NCBI GenBank assembly: GCA_977018835.1
Contig: OZ361261.1
Location: 930,001 to 994,000 of the forward strand
DNA: 64,000 nucleotides
DNA from: Minutocellus sp. GHC0000111
Taxonomy: Eukaryota
Direction of reading: 5' to 3'
The translations under genes and the position numbers were made by a program. Below, piece after piece: positions 1-13,553 of this stretch (positions are counted from its first letter, which is position 1; every line of letters begins with the position of its first letter). The notes under the pieces were generated by a model that saw only the letters and a program-made list of their open reading frames with translations, made no database searches and had not been told where the DNA came from.

Positions 1-1270
1 AGAGAGCAGTAGGCCCAACGCAATCGAAATGGCTGAAGAGATATTGGATCGGATGGAAAGTAGTTCCGCTGGTGAAACTGGTGATGATGATTATGACGAA
101 AGCAAAGTAGCCGTAGGGACCGTACCACTGCCAGATATCAATACCTACATTGCAGTATTGAAGGGTTATGCAAATCGCGCGCAACCTATGGCAGCTGATG
201 CCATCTTTCGTCGATTGTACGATCGTTTCATGATTACTGGCGACAAAGGCCTGATGCCCACAACAGAGGCATACAATCAGCTAATCAGAGCGTGGATGAA
301 ATCGGGCACTCTATCTGCAGCGTCCGTTACGGAAGATTTACTCAACGAAATGATTGATGCTAAAGATGATGCGGTAATGCCAAATGTTGAAACCTTTGCT
401 CGAGTAATGAATTGCCACACACAGGCAAACAAGGGGAAAGATGCACCTGCTAATGTGCAACGGCTAATGGACCAGATGCAAGATCTTTCAATGGAGCCCA
501 ACGCTGAAGTATACAACGTCAAGATCAAAAGTTTGGCAGTCCGAGGCGTACCAGATGGCGCCGTGCGGGCAGTGGATACTTTGCAATGGATGCTGAACGA
601 ATATCGCAAGGGTAATCAAGATCTGTGCCCCACTCGAGCCACTTTCATCACTGCCATCAACGCCCAAACCAGCAACGGAGGAAAGAGGGCAGCACAAGAA
701 TCGGAGGGATTGTTTGCTATGATGCAAAGTCTGGCAAAGGAATTGAAGGATGATGAGCTTTTACCAAACGTGAGAGTATACAATGCGCTGATTCGGTGTT
801 GGGCGCGAAGCAAGGAGAGAAACAAGGCCGAACGGACTCGTCAGCTACTCGAGACAATGGCAAAGGAAAGTGAGTTGAGAGGTGACGACGAACTTACGCC
901 TAATCTGCAGACTTACAATGGAGTTTTGAATGCCTGCAGTTTTCCGAGCCGGGGCAACAGTATCGAAGAGAAATATGCTGCCTTTCGGATAGCAGTGCAA
1001 ACGCTCAATGAACTTCGAGCCTCCGAAAACTGCGAGCCCAATCATGTATCATACGGAACATTCCTTCGATCCTGTGGCAATCTAATGCCACAAACGCCCA
1101 AGAGAGATGCCGTGGTGGGCAACATATTTCGCAAATGCTGTGAAGAGGGCTTGGTCAGTGAATTTGTAATGGATTCTGTTTCCCACGCAGCCTCTGAGAA
1201 TCTCAAGAGCACACTATTTGAGGACTGTGTGGGCGGAAAGTTGCCAAGAACGTGGAGCTGTAACTTGTAA
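1..1270 (+). CDS. Pentatricopeptide-repeat (PPR) protein, C-terminal part (5' end probably outside the window)
   Basis: Repeated ~35-aa units such as PDINTYIAVLKGYA, PTTEAYNQLIRAW, PNVRVYNALIRCWA, PNLQTYNGVLNAC; frame is open upstream of 29. Confidence 0.85.
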   Translation, partial: ESSRPNAIEMAEEILDRMESSSAGETGDDDYDESKVAVGTVPLPDINTYIAVLKGYANRAQPMAADAIFRRLYDRFMITGDKGLMPTTEAYNQLIRAWMKSGTLSAASVTEDLLNEMIDAKDDAVMPNVETFARVMNCHTQANKGKDAPANVQRLMDQMQDLSMEPNAEVYNVKIKSLAVRGVPDGAVRAVDTLQWMLNEYRKGNQDLCPTRATFITAINAQTSNGGKRAAQESEGLFAMMQSLAKELKDDELLPNVRVYNALIRCWARSKERNKAERTRQLLETMAKESELRGDDELTPNLQTYNGVLNACSFPSRGNSIEEKYAAFRIAVQTLNELRASENCEPNHVSYGTFLRSCGNLMPQTPKRDAVVGNIFRKCCEEGLVSEFVMDSVSHAASENLKSTLFEDCVGGKLPRTWSCNL

Positions 1271-1812
1271 GGCGGTCATGGGAAAGGATGGCAATTGGTT
1301 TAGTAAATGTAAGTAGCATTAGAGCATAGATACTCAGTTAGGATCAGGATTACCGTTAGACTGCCGCCTCGAAATCTCTGACTGACTGACCGGTGTCAGC
1401 TGTCAACTGTGAGCTGGCGAGCCGTACGTCTTTCAAAGTACATAGCGCCAGACCATGATGAAAATGAGGTGGCACGCTCGCCTTGCTTCTCCACCACAAA
1501 TGTCCAGTCATCTTTTCCCGGAATTCAAAATTCGGCAGCACGAGAGGCGAACTAACTAACTGGAGGACGCGCAGAATTGAATTGCAGTTGCATGCAACAA
1601 AGGCCACCAATCGGATCACCGACCAATACTGTGGCGATATTGTATTAGCTCGAGACTCTCGTGTTACTTTTACTGTCATATCCTCTGTCATCTGTTGATC
1701 GTATACGGCACAGGCACATATTCATTGCGCCGAATTCGAACGAAGTCCCGACACATCAATTCCACTCATCGTTGGCATATTGACAACATTTGTTTTTGAA
1801 TAGGCATTTCAT

Positions 1813-3846
1813 CATGAAGCCACTCCATCTCCTAGCAACGGCCGCTGCGACGTTGCCAATGTCGTCGGTTGCCAGTGAGGTAGTAGTTCCCGCTCCTCTA
1901 CACAATAGCAATGATGAAAATATTTATGGCGTTCCCACTGGTGCCGCTGGTGGACACAGACATCACAAACGAGCACGACAGATGGAACACCCAGTCGGTT
2001 CGACGGTCCCATCAGGCCTTTACAATCCCAATCCGACCCCTGATCCAATTCGATCGCCGTATCACATTGTAAGTGTTATTTTCCGACTGGTTTACTTATT
2101 ATTTACTGACTGACCAATGCGGATACCACCAATAAGAATCTCATTAATCTCTCCCCCTTCATGTCCCCTCCACCTTCGACCACACGCAGATCATTGATGG
2201 CGGATCGACGGGATCACGATTGCACATATTCGAATTTATATACAGCACCACAAAGTCCGAAGTGGATTGCGTTCGACGAGGTTCGGCCAAGGCCATGACA
2301 CCACTGTCTGCCTTTGCCCGGGCACCGTCACACTACTGACTCCCTCAATGCCACTGAGGTTGCGGACCACATGCTGTCATTGTTTGAATATGCTGCCGAA
2401 ATTATCCCGGAAAGATACCACGCCCTAACTCCAGTCAAGTACCAGGCATCTGCGGGCATGAGATTGGTCGACGAATCAGAACAGGTGTCCGTTTACGACG
2501 CCCTCTATGATGGATTGGTGGAATCAGAACGGTTTGTCTTTCGCAGCAAGAAACGAGGGGATGTGGCCACGTTGGACGGAGTTTCTGAAGGTCTATATGG
2601 CGCTGTTGCAGTGAACTATCTGAAGGGCGTTGTTGGTGCTGACTTAAAGGTCAAGGCAACGCCACAAGCAGCAGCGGTGAGCGGCGATGGAAGTGGAAGT
2701 GGAAATGATGAGCATGTACTCCACCACAACGGTCCTCTTGGAGCCTTAGACATGGGTGGTGCATCAGCGCAGATTGTGTATCTTCCCGAGTTGGCGATAG
2801 GAGAAAGCTGTGGAGGTGGATCGTGCTCACCGAATGAGCATCATAGCAACAGCGATGGCAGTGATGGGGATGCCGACAAAACCTGCAGTTCTGCCCCGCC
2901 CAAGGCCGGCACCTCATCTTCGTCTCCGCCAGCATTCGATCGTCTCAATGGCGATGCCTTCTTTTCTACCTCCTACCTCGCCTATGGCGCAGATCAAATG
3001 CGAGAACGTCTTTGGGATGCTTGGATTGATGATGAGCACCGAAATGCCGACCCAAATGCGTGCATTGCCAAGGAAATGAAAATTGAAAACCCCTGCTCCT
3101 TTGTAGGTCTTGAACAAGAGTGGAGAGGCTTTACCTTCATCGGTACGGGTGATGCCAAGGCATGTTCCAAGCATATTCGACGGTTGATTCCTCATCACGA
3201 AAATGTTGTTGATCCTGAAAGTTTTGATGATCGTATGGAATCCGATTTCTCAGAAGGTGGTGTCGTAGGAGGTGTTCCTCATCCGCCTATTCGCGGGATC
3301 AGATTCATCGCGATGTCATTGTATTTCTTTGCGCTTGACTGCCTCAGAGAGTTATCAGGTCACGAGGCACTGCGCATGAATTGGCCAACACCTACCCTCA
3401 ACGAAATCGACGACGCCTTGGATGGTCTTTGCTCCCGTAACTGGCGCGGTGATCTCGATGAAATCGGCGAACGGAGGATGCATCGATTCACCCGGGCGGA
3501 TATCTTGCCCCATCGCTGTATGGAGGCAGTCTATATTGCGACGCTGTTGAGGCATGGGTTTGGATTCCATCCCGAAGCGCGGGATATTACCTTTGCATTT
3601 GATGTTGATGGAAGTGAAGTGGAGTGGTCTTTGGGAATGGCGTTGTCGGAAGCCGGGTCGTTGGACTGGCTTTCAGGTGATGATACTTTTAATGGTGGAT
3701 CCACAGTGGTGCCAGCAAGTACTGGTAATGGCGCCACTGGCACTACCAATGCTGATTCAGACGATCAAGAAAACGATAGTGATGCAAATGCTACTTCAAA
3801 GAGCGGCTGTAGTTCCCAGACATGCCCCTCAGCTTGGGCTGAATAG
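1813..3846 (+). CDS. GDA1/CD39 nucleoside phosphatase (apyrase), with signal peptide
   Basis: Intron 2069-2189 (GT..AG) joins to IIDGGSTGSRLHIF (ACR1); also ASAGMR, GVSEGLYGAVAVNY, GALDMGGASAQ and VEWSLG motifs; apparent frameshift near 2320-2335. Confidence 0.85.
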
Positions 3847-4364
3847 AGAGGCGATTTTTTGTGAAAATAAACCTAATTTTTGACTGATGTTGTTGGTTAT
3901 GCACTAGCTAACTAGCACATGTTCATGGATGTTATACATTGGTCGCTGCCACCAACCTGACTCGACTTGATTGAAGGCGAGATATCACTGCGACCGATAT
4001 CTGGACCAGCTCATGCAACAATTACGAGTACTAGCTAGTACCGGTACCTAGCTAGGTAATCTCACAGTCGCCTCTCAGGTACATGTAGGAATTCCTACAA
4101 ACCTGCATGGGCTGAGAGTCTCTCAGCATACTCACATCATCCAACGAATACACAATAAAAATAGTTTCAGCTAGCGCCCGATAGCGGTCTCATCCAGGAA
4201 GAGATAGTTACCATACTTGTTGTTGATGTTTACTTTTTGTTAAATTATCTTTCTCCTTTTTTATGCTAAAAGTACAGCCATGAAACTCGTAACATAATGT
4301 TGCAATAGGTAAATAAAAACTTTGATATGGGTGGTCAAAAACAATATAAACTCGAGAGGTGAGC

Positions 4365-7300
4365 TTAGATGAGATCCTTCTCGATGGCGAACTCCTCTTC
4401 GTCGGTGTCGAGGTCCTCGCCGTTCTTGAGCTTGTTCTTGATCTTCTTGACCAGTTGCTTCTCCTCCTTCTTGGAAAGCTTCTTCTTCTGGCCCTTGACC
4501 TTGGTGACGTTACCGGCGGCATCGGTCATCTCGGTAATTTGTTGTTGGTCGTTGATCTTCTCATCCTGCTTAAGCATCCAGTCGGCATCACCCTTGGTCT
4601 CAAGGTGGCCGGCGTCCATGACCCAGGTCTCGGGGCAAAGCTTCTGGCAGAACTCGTTGTTGTGCGAAATGATGACAACACCACCGTCGAAGGTCTCGAT
4701 GGCGCCGGCGAGGGCACCGAGGGACTCGCGATCGAGGTAGTTGGTGGGCTCGTCGAGGATGAGGATATGGGGCTGGTTCCACATAGCAGCGGCAAGGACG
4801 ACCTTGACCTTCTGTCCTCCGGAGAGGGCAGACATACGGTAGTGGGTACCGAACTCACGGTTGAGACCGCAATCCTCGAGGTGCTGCTCGACGTTCTTGG
4901 TGGAAAGAGGACGGACGTAAAGACCGGCACGCTGGGCGATCTTGAGATCGACGGCCTTCATGGCCTTCTCCCAACCCATCTTCTTGAGGGTCTTGGCGGG
5001 AAGGTACTCGCCAGAGTCGACGGTGGAGCCAGCGTACTTGACCTCGTACTCGTAATCCTTGGACTTGTTCTGCTTACGGCCACCAACGAGCTCGGCGACG
5101 ACCTTCTTGACCTTGGTGATCTTGCCACTCTCCTCATCGACGAACTGGATCTCGAAGGGGGTCTTCTGGAGCTTCTCCTCCTCCTCGGTGAACTGCATGG
5201 TAACCTTGACGAGGGACTCCTTGTCCTCACCGTTGTTGGCGTAACGCCAACGGACGTATTCATTGGGGGTCTTGTTGAGATGGGCCTCAATGTGGTGGAA
5301 GGCGTGCTGGGCGACGTAGGCGATACGGGCGTTGGGGTGCTTCCAGACGTCACCGACCTGGGGCTCGATCTCACCGACGAGGAGCTTGATCATGGTACTC
5401 TTACCGGCACCGTTCTCGCCGACGCAGGCAACACGGGAGCTGAGGGAGACCTGGACGGAAATGTCGAAGAGAGTGGGCTTGTCGTTGACGGGGTAGGTGA
5501 AGGTGCAGCCGGACATCTTCATGAGGGCCTTACCCTTGGACTTGACACCCTCGATGGGACCAGGCTGGGGGAACTTGAACTTCATCTTCGACTCGGAGAT
5601 GGAGAAGTAGGCACGGGCCTCGGGCTTGAGCTTGACGAACTCGTCAAGGTTGCCCTTGAAGGCGTGGAGCTTCAGGTTCTCGATCTGAAGGATGTTGGTA
5701 CAGCAATCGTTGAGAAGGCCGGAATCGTGCGACACAATGATGGCGGTAACATCCTTGAGGGAGTTGAGGTAGTTCTTGACCCAGGCAACGTTGATGACGT
5801 CCAAGTGGTTGGTGGGCTCATCGAGGAGAAGAATATCGGCCTTTTGAAGCATGGCTCGGGCAAGAGCGAGCTTCATGCGCCATCCACCGGAGAGGGTGGA
5901 CACGGCGTTGTCGGGCTTGGCCTTGCCGTCCTCAGTGAAACCGACGGTGGCAAGGACGCGGCGGACCTCCTCCTTCTCAATGTTCATGGCCTGGATCTTC
6001 TCATCGATGAAGACGTACTCGACGCAGGACAAGTGCGACTGCTCACCCTGGATATCGGCCTCGACGAAGACGGTACGGACCTCGGTAACGTCGGGGAAGC
6101 CCTCGACCTGGTTGTTGGCGATGGCACGCATGAGGGTGGTCTTGCCGGAATCGTTACCACCGAGAAGACCGTAGTTCTTACCACGCTTGAGCTTCATCTT
6201 GGTGTTGTGGAGAAGAATCTTGGTACCGTAAGCGAGGGTGAACTGGCAGTTACAGAGCTCCTCGGCATCGTCGTCCTCATCCTCCTCCTCGGGGATGACC
6301 ATCATCTCCTCGGCCTTGATACGGACGGCCTCGGTGGCCTTCTCGGCATCGGCATCGGACTTGAATCCCTTGAGGCCGGTAGCAACGTTCTTCTTCCACT
6401 GAAGGTCATCCATCATGTGCAGGTCCATCATGGTAGTAGAAACGACGGCGAGGTGCTCAATGACCTTGGCATCGACGTCGTCGGCAACGCCAAGGGCGGT
6501 CTTAAACTCCTCGGCGATCTTGGAGGTGTCGCCACGGGTGGTGACGGCCTTGTCGGCGAGGGCCTTGAGGCGCTGGAGCTGGGCAACGGCGCGCTCGGTG
6601 ACCTCACGGGCCTCGGGATCGGCGATGGACTCGGCGTTGGTCTCGAGGGCGGGGAGGAGGAGGGGAAGGAAGGGGGCGGCATCGACCGGGTTGTCAACAA
6701 GCTTGGACATGTTGTTGATAATGACGGCGGACTGACGCTTGGTGGCGGTAGCCTTCTCGCGGAGACCGCGGAGGAGAAGGGGGACGACCATGGCAAGAGC
6801 GGGAGACTCGACGGACTGGACGAAGGTAACGCCAGCCATCTCGTGCATGATCTCGGGGACCTCCTTGGGCTTGGTGATGGCGGTAATGATCTTGGCGTTC
6901 ATGTGCTCAATATCCTTGTTGCCGATGACCTCGCAGGCGGCGCGCATGGCGTCGGTGGAAGCGGTCTTGACCTGCTTCTTGGTGTCCCACATGCAGGCGG
7001 TAACCTCGGGGACGATCTCGGGGAGGGCAATACCGAGCTGCTTGGGGGCGGTCTTGGCGAAGAGAGCGACGCAGTTGAGGGCGAGGACACGCTCCTGCCA
7101 CTTCTTCTCGACGGGAAGACTGGCGAAGAGGGAGGGGAGGAGGCTCTTGATTGCGAAGGGGTTCATCTTCTCGCAGATGGCGGTAGCAGTCTCCTCGGCG
7201 GCCTTGCGGACCTCGGGGTTCTTGGCGGTGGCCTTCTCGAGGCCTGAATTTTCATTCAGCGGGAATTGAAGGAGATAAATGTAAAAGGACATGATGACAG

Positions 7301-7746
7301 TGAGATATTATTTGTATTCGCGGATAATATATGTGGAATTTTGGATGCAGTTGTGCGCATATCAGACGAGCACAAATGTGATTCACACGGAGATTCATTG
7401 TCGAGAAAAAATGACCCATCAAACTCCAATTGCGTTCGTGCAATTGCGCCAACAGAACAATACGTGCTCGAAATGAAATTCCAACCGGAAGACACGCCAC
7501 TATCAAAAACTTACAGGCAGTGAGGCACTCCTTGGTGAAGGCATCGGCCTCAGGAACGTCGGCGAGGGCCTTGGCGGCGGCAAGGCCGGCAAGGGCCTCG
7601 TCGTCGGTCTTGGAGGCACACTTGGCGACGAGGCCGGCAATGTTGGCGGCGAGGCCGGACTTGGCGACACCGTCGGCCTTGACGGCGTCGGCGAGGGAGC
7701 CGGAGTCGGCGAGGGACAACTTCTCGAGAGCGGATTCGATGGACAT
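4365..7746 (-). CDS. Translation elongation factor 3 (eEF3)-like HEAT + twin ABC ATPase
   Basis: Exon 1 7746-7515, intron 7514-7244, exon 2 7243-4365; HEAT region, EELCNCQFTLAYG, GGNDSGKTT, LSGGWRMK, GENGAGKST, LSGGQKVK; strong C-ending codon bias. Confidence 0.93.
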
Positions 7747-8292
7747 GGTTGTTGGTAAGATGGGGGGTAGTTAGGTTGATCTGAATGGCTGTTTCGGATG
7801 GTACCTATCAAAGGAGAGAAATAGTGAGCGCATTGGCGGCCGAGAAAAAAACAGCAACGCGCAGCAAAAGCACGTGCAGAGCAAAGCGATGGCTCTCGCG
7901 TGTGCTGACGCTCGTGTCCTTGGAACGGGTTATGAGTCGACCTTACGTGGCGGCTTCCACGTTCAACAATACGTACGCGATGAAATAGTACGTACGTAAG
8001 GTACGAGCTCAAATAATACGTACGTGGTCGTCCGGAAACAAGCAACGGCGCAAAGCAAGGCGCAAAACGCGGCAAACGAAGCAAGCGCCGACACCAGCTG
8101 CTGCGACAACGCTAGCCTACATGCTAGCTAGGAATAACGCAGGACCTGCTGGAAACGGATGCATTCGCTTGCTGTGAACCGCTCTTGGTGGCCCGTTGGC
8201 GATGCGATACCTTGCTAACTCTCAGCTCACTTCCCAATGGTGACGACGACAAAGATAGCATCGACATGTGACCCATAATTTTTTTATCAGTC

Positions 8293-10183
8293 ATGGCAAA
8301 ACCTCTCAACTACGACCTGCCGTGTGCCGAACCAATCGATGTGCCAACTTTTGATTATAACAACGAGCACGAACATGTGCATGCAGCAGGCGAAGGAGGC
8401 GACACGACGCATCCAGAGGAAACCTTCATTTTCTCGTCGGCGTCTCAACAACGGGAAAGATACGCGTTAGTCCAGAGGGCCATCCGCCATGCGTGGCTAG
8501 GATACAAATCCTACCTTTTGGATCGGCATCCCTACCACCGTCATTTCCTTGGCTTCCTGCCCTTCGACGACCTCAAGCCAGTGTCGTTGTCCGGCGACAG
8601 CATATGGGTCCATTCGGCCGCGACGCTGTACGATTCTCTCGATTCGTTGTACCTTGCCGGTCTCAAAGAGGAGTACGATGAGGCCGTCGAGTTGGCACTG
8701 TCACTTCCGTTGCCGTTACACCCGCAAAAAACGTTTGAGTATTCGATTCGGGTTCTGGGGGGTCTTCTTGGCGCTTACTCGGTGTCGGGCGATGCCAGAC
8801 TGCTCGGTGCCTCGATACGGATCGCTGACGCGCTACTGGACGGGCCCTTCCGGAGCAGCCGCACCGCTCTGCCCAGGAGCTATGATGTACTGGCGCCGAG
8901 CTGGAGGCATGCGTCGAGTTGGAAATTCTGGGAGTGGGGTGGGATACTCGTTCACAGGACTTATGCCTGTGTGTACCGAATTGGAAGAGATTGAATGGGA
9001 GAGCACCGTACGAACAGCCTCGCTGGGGTGGGAACGTTCGCTTTAGAGTTTGCCTACCTGAGCAAACTAACGGGCGATCCGCGTTACAAGGATGCATCTG
9101 ACAAGATTTTCCGGCACATCAACGGGCATACCCAAAATGGTAAAAAACAGCAATCGCGAAAAAAGCAGCAGTGGACTGGTGCCGGTGATTTGGAATGTCA
9201 TGGATGGAGGCATCGTCGGTGGAGAAGCCGGTCTCGGAGCTGGGTCGGATAGCTACTACGAATATCTGGCGAAGAATGCCATAACAAGCCAAAATGATCC
9301 AGACGAGGTTGATATTGCTATGCACGAGAGCTTTCGAAGGGTTCTCCGAGACACCATGATGGCTCATCTTTCGATCGAAACTAAGCACACGGACAACGAC
9401 CAAGAAGAGAGGGGAGAAAAGGGTAGACGAACGAGGGTCGCTTATCCTGTGCAGAGAGGGAGGAATTTCGAGCATCTGCTGTGCTTCGTTCCTGGAATGG
9501 TGGCCCTTTACGAAGATACTTTCTCTACCACTGATGAAGACCATGGGCTCGAGATTCTAGCAGAAGAGATGCTAGAAGGTTGCTGGAAGATATACAGTTC
9601 GACCCGAACGGGCCTAGGTCCCGAGCGCACTCTTATACATCAGACATCAGAACATCCCAAGGTCAAAGAAGCCCAGTACTTACTACGACCCGAATTTGTC
9701 GAAAGTGTCTTTGTCCTTCACCGACTTCGCAGTGAGGATCCCAAGTATTCGGAAATGGCATGGAGCGTTTTCCAAAGCATAGAAAAGTACTGCAAGATGG
9801 ATGTTGGTTATTCCGGGCTGAAAGATGTTGATTCTCTGGAATTCCTCGATAACAGGGATAGCAATAGGGTGAATTCCATGCCGTCCTTTTTGATTGCTGA
9901 AACTCTGAAATACCTACTGCTGACGTTTGCGCCAGACTCGCACGTCAGTCTGCATGACTTCGTCTTCACAACCGAAGCCCATCCCTTGAGGCAGCTGTAT
10001 ACTTTGAATCCAAGTGGTGCAAGAGACGGTCAATGTGTCGGCACGGTAGGTACCGTCCGCCAACCTATTGCACCAGTGCTCATTGTGGTGGCAAACCTTA
10101 TCATTGGATTTGTGGTTCACTTTTCGCATCGGCGATTCGCGAGGAAGCAAAAGATTTCCAAGGGGAACAAGAAATCATTGTAA
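8293..10183 (+). CDS. Class I alpha-1,2-mannosidase (GH47), disrupted
   Basis: HAWLGY..D.LKPVS, TLYDSLDSLY, FEYSIRVLGGLLGAY, GAGSDSYYEY, YLLRPEFVES, AETLKYL, TTEAHPL; in-frame TGA at 8992-8994 and a frameshift near 9140-9165. Confidence 0.85.
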
Positions 10184-10209
10184 CTTAGATCTAGAGAAGA
10201 TTAATTCCT

Positions 10210-12009
10210 CTACAACGACCCCCCAAACCGGTTTGGTGGCCATATTCTGGCAATCGGTCTGCCCACAATGTTATCTTTGGGTAGAGTCCCGAAAACTCTC
10301 GAATCCACACTGACATCTTTGCAATCTCCGAGCACATACGCCTCACCATCTCCCAATCTTTCAATGTTCTTTCCCTTTCCATCTTTGAGCAATCGGTCAA
10401 TCAATCTCAAGGGTTCATCTTCACACAAATCGCGTGGAGGGCCGACAGCAGCTTCGCCGTTGATAAATACATCCTTGGTCGTCTCGTCCATTTGAATGTT
10501 GGTGTCGCCTGGCATGCCAACTACGCGCTTCACAAACAAGGATTGCCCGCCAAGTGGATTGACGCCGCTCCCAAAGCCGGCCTTCTTCATTCCTTGACTT
10601 GCACCTCCCGATCCCCCTCCAGCCCGAGCTCCAATGATTTCTTGGAGAGTTGGCGGGGTTTGAATAATACCACGTCGCCCCTCTTGGTTCTTTCAAAAGC
10701 TCCTGGTAATTTTTCAACCAACAACACGTCGCCCTTTTGCAACGTAGGATCCATGGAGGCACTTGGTATCTCATAGAAGCTCACCACCTCTCGACCGACG
10801 AGCGAAAATAATATTGGGCTAAGGCCAATAAATAGAAACAGCACAAACGCCGCAGCATCTCGCGCAATCAGCGACCGCAACCGAGGTAGAAACGCACCAG
10901 GATTGAATCGAGTCAGAGCATTGGTTTCAGACATCACACCAGCTTCCACCTCTACGGGCCAATCGGTAACTTTGATACCTCGCTGTTGCCACATTTGTTG
11001 GTGCAACCGCCAGCCCACCGGTCGGAGTGCAAGCTTTGCCGCATTTTGCTCCATTGTTGTTGACAATGAATCTGTAGCGAATATTTTCTTTCCTTCGGAA
11101 TCGGCAATCGTCATGACACGATAGTCAACTCCTGGATAAATGCCCAATTGTTCCAGATGCTTCTTGCTCTCCGGTGATTGAGAAGTAGGCACAATTACCT
11201 CACCTGCACGAAACGTGCGGGGATTCTCTCTGGCACCCTGTACTGACCTAATAGCGGCCCCTACCGCTCCCCTCTGGCCCGGTGGGAAGCTGAGAGAATT
11301 TTCGCCACTGCGCACACCGTGGATGGTAACATTGCCCTCAACAACCAAATTCCCCCCTGGTCCTCCGAGGGCACCCACAACATCATCCGTGAACCATGTT
11401 GAGCTGCCCCAATCGCCCGTTCGGCCGAGAGAATCCACCCGCTCCATATTCGACGTAAAGGTCATGGCCGAGCTCCAGGTGTGATTGGAGCGAGGCAACC
11501 CACCGCTGGTGAATAGTGGCAGCGCCTCGCCGGTCCGCCCATCAATCAGGCGCAACGTCCAATCAATATCGACCTCGTCGCCTGGATTTGCGGCATGATA
11601 TCGCAAGTAGGCAGCAGCCGAACCCACTGCCTCGCGATTGAGAATACCACGGGGGTAGAGAATGCATTCAAATGTTTGGTTGTGTATGTCGAATGTGCCG
11701 GTCGTCAGACGGTAAGGCAGTGTCTCCGAGGTGAACTGTTAGGGTTAGGGCATCGTCATCAAATGCCTCTGTAAATGGACGGGGATCATTCCATAACCTG
11801 TCGAGCTTTGCTTGCCATGTTTCCTCTACCTTTTGGCTGTCGGCTTGAATTGTTCGTGAGAAGGAGGTGGTGATGACTGCCGCCGTTTCTGGTTGTGGCG
11901 CTGCTCCTGCCGATCGCTGCTGGTCAACTGGTGCCGAAAAAGCATGTGCAGGATGCAAAAAATAAGTGCTCGCGATGAGCGCGAACGCTATAGCAAGTAA
12001 GCTTTTCAT
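10210..12009 (-). CDS. Signal peptidase I (S26, thylakoid-processing type) with an N-terminal MATH-like domain; plastid presequence
   Basis: Signal peptide ending AHA-FSAP; IPSASMDPTL (Ser), FVKRVVGMPGD (Lys), VLGDCKDVSVDSRVFG; frameshifts near 11700 and 10590. Confidence 0.75.
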
Positions 12010-12302
12010 CCCCCACGTGCTCATTGCAGCGCAGCATTTGTGGTCCTTCCCATCCTCCTTCCATAATTCTTCGTCGCTGACCATGCAATGCGTCTCAAAT
12101 ATCGCCGAGCCTCGCCGGACTGAAGAACTCGATAGCATTCTGGCTGGCTTCGCGGTTGCCGAGTTGAGTTGCCGAACGCACGCCGAAACTCGACCAGCAC
12201 ATCTTGTACCGATACTGAGCTAGTACGAGTACGCTTGCCGCTGTCCGCTGCTACCGTGACCATCGCCCCATCGCTGCGTTCCAGTACCTCATTAGCCTTA
12301 AC

Positions 12303-13443
12303 ATGATGACGGCTCTTCAGCTTGCAGTGCTCCTTTTGAGCCATTTCGTCATCCTGGCGGCTGGTTTCGCGCCTCAATCCGTGGTTGATGTTGCATCATC
12401 CTCGAGCACCGCACTTCAAGCCAAGAGGCTGCCCATCACCATGCCCACGCAGACGCCGATGGTTCCCTACAGAGTAAGTTTCAATGATGATTGTGATCGA
12501 AGGGGGTTGAAATACGCTCTTTGGTTCTTCTTTGGCTTTGATAGTTTCGCTTTCTTGCCAAAACATGCCGCTTTTCGATGTGCTTCCCCGTGGAGTGCTT
12601 CAAAGGATGTGCCATGCAAACTTCTTGCTCACCATATTCTCCCAATTTCCATCCCCAACCCGATGTATTGTGCAGCCACCCGGTTCGGACTACGCCCAAT
12701 TTGTTGGCATCTACGACCGCATGGTCCGCGATCGCATCCTCTTCATTGGAAACTTTATTGACGAGGAGAACGCCAACTCCATCATTTCCTCCATCCTGTA
12801 CCTGCGCAAGGAGGATTCCACTGGTCCCATCACCCTCTACCTCAACGTTCCCGGCGCTCTTCTCCGACCGGGTTTGGCCGTCTACGATCTCCTTCGACAG
12901 ATTGGCAAGGACTGTGAGATCACCACCGTCAACATCGGTCTGTGCACCGGCATGGGTGCCCTCCTCGCTGGCGCCGGTACCAAGGGCCGCCGCTGCGCGC
13001 TGCCCAACTCTCGGTTCCTCCTTCAGCGGGTTGGTATGGAAAGTCCCTTCCAGGGACAGGCCACCGACATTGCCTTGGAGGTGAAGAATGTGAAGAAGAT
13101 GAACGACAATCTCGACATGGAGCTTTCCAAGATGACCGGTCAGACTGCCGAGAAGTGCCGGGAGGACATGAAGAGAGATTTTTATCTGTCGGCGGACGAG
13201 GCCGTTCGGTACGGACTGATTGATAAGGTATTGCAGCCTGCCCCGAGGAAGCGAGCGACGCAAGGACAGGACACCGACCTTGGTGCCTTTGAGGGTGAGG
13301 ATCAGCAACGGTATCAGGATCAAAAGACCGAGGGTGGCAACTGGGGCAAGAGAAGAGGTCCACCCGGTCCTGGTGGTCAGGCACCGCCCGGAGCTGGTGG
13401 CGGAAGTAATGATGATGATCCGCCGATTCAAAAGGGTGGATAA
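12303..13443 (+). CDS. Plastid Clp protease subunit, non-catalytic ClpR type
   Basis: AAG-FAP presequence; intron 12474-12675; [33 protein letters not shown]; catalytic Ser and His positions read GLCTGMG and LLQRV. Confidence 0.85.
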
Positions 13444-13553
13444 ACATGCCCAGCGTTTTGCAGCTGCACCATGCTCTGTGGAGTTGATGCAGTACCCTAA
13501 AATTGCACTTATCCATAAAAACATGCGGTCCAGCAAAAATATTGAATAAACTA

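Noticed and set aside
4359..7247. 962-aa + strand ORF antisense to eEF3
   Set aside because: Shadow ORF produced by eEF3's avoidance of TTA/CTA/TCA codons; the translation is L/G/V/D-rich with no motifs.
4365..7746. Low TA frequency in eEF3 as another hypermutated island
   Set aside because: Tyr codons (TAC) and all motifs are intact; codon bias explains it.
8992..8994. In-frame TGA in GH47 (and in the SDR at 55254) as selenocysteine or readthrough
   Set aside because: Not at a catalytic Cys, no SECIS recognised, and both genes carry other lesions.
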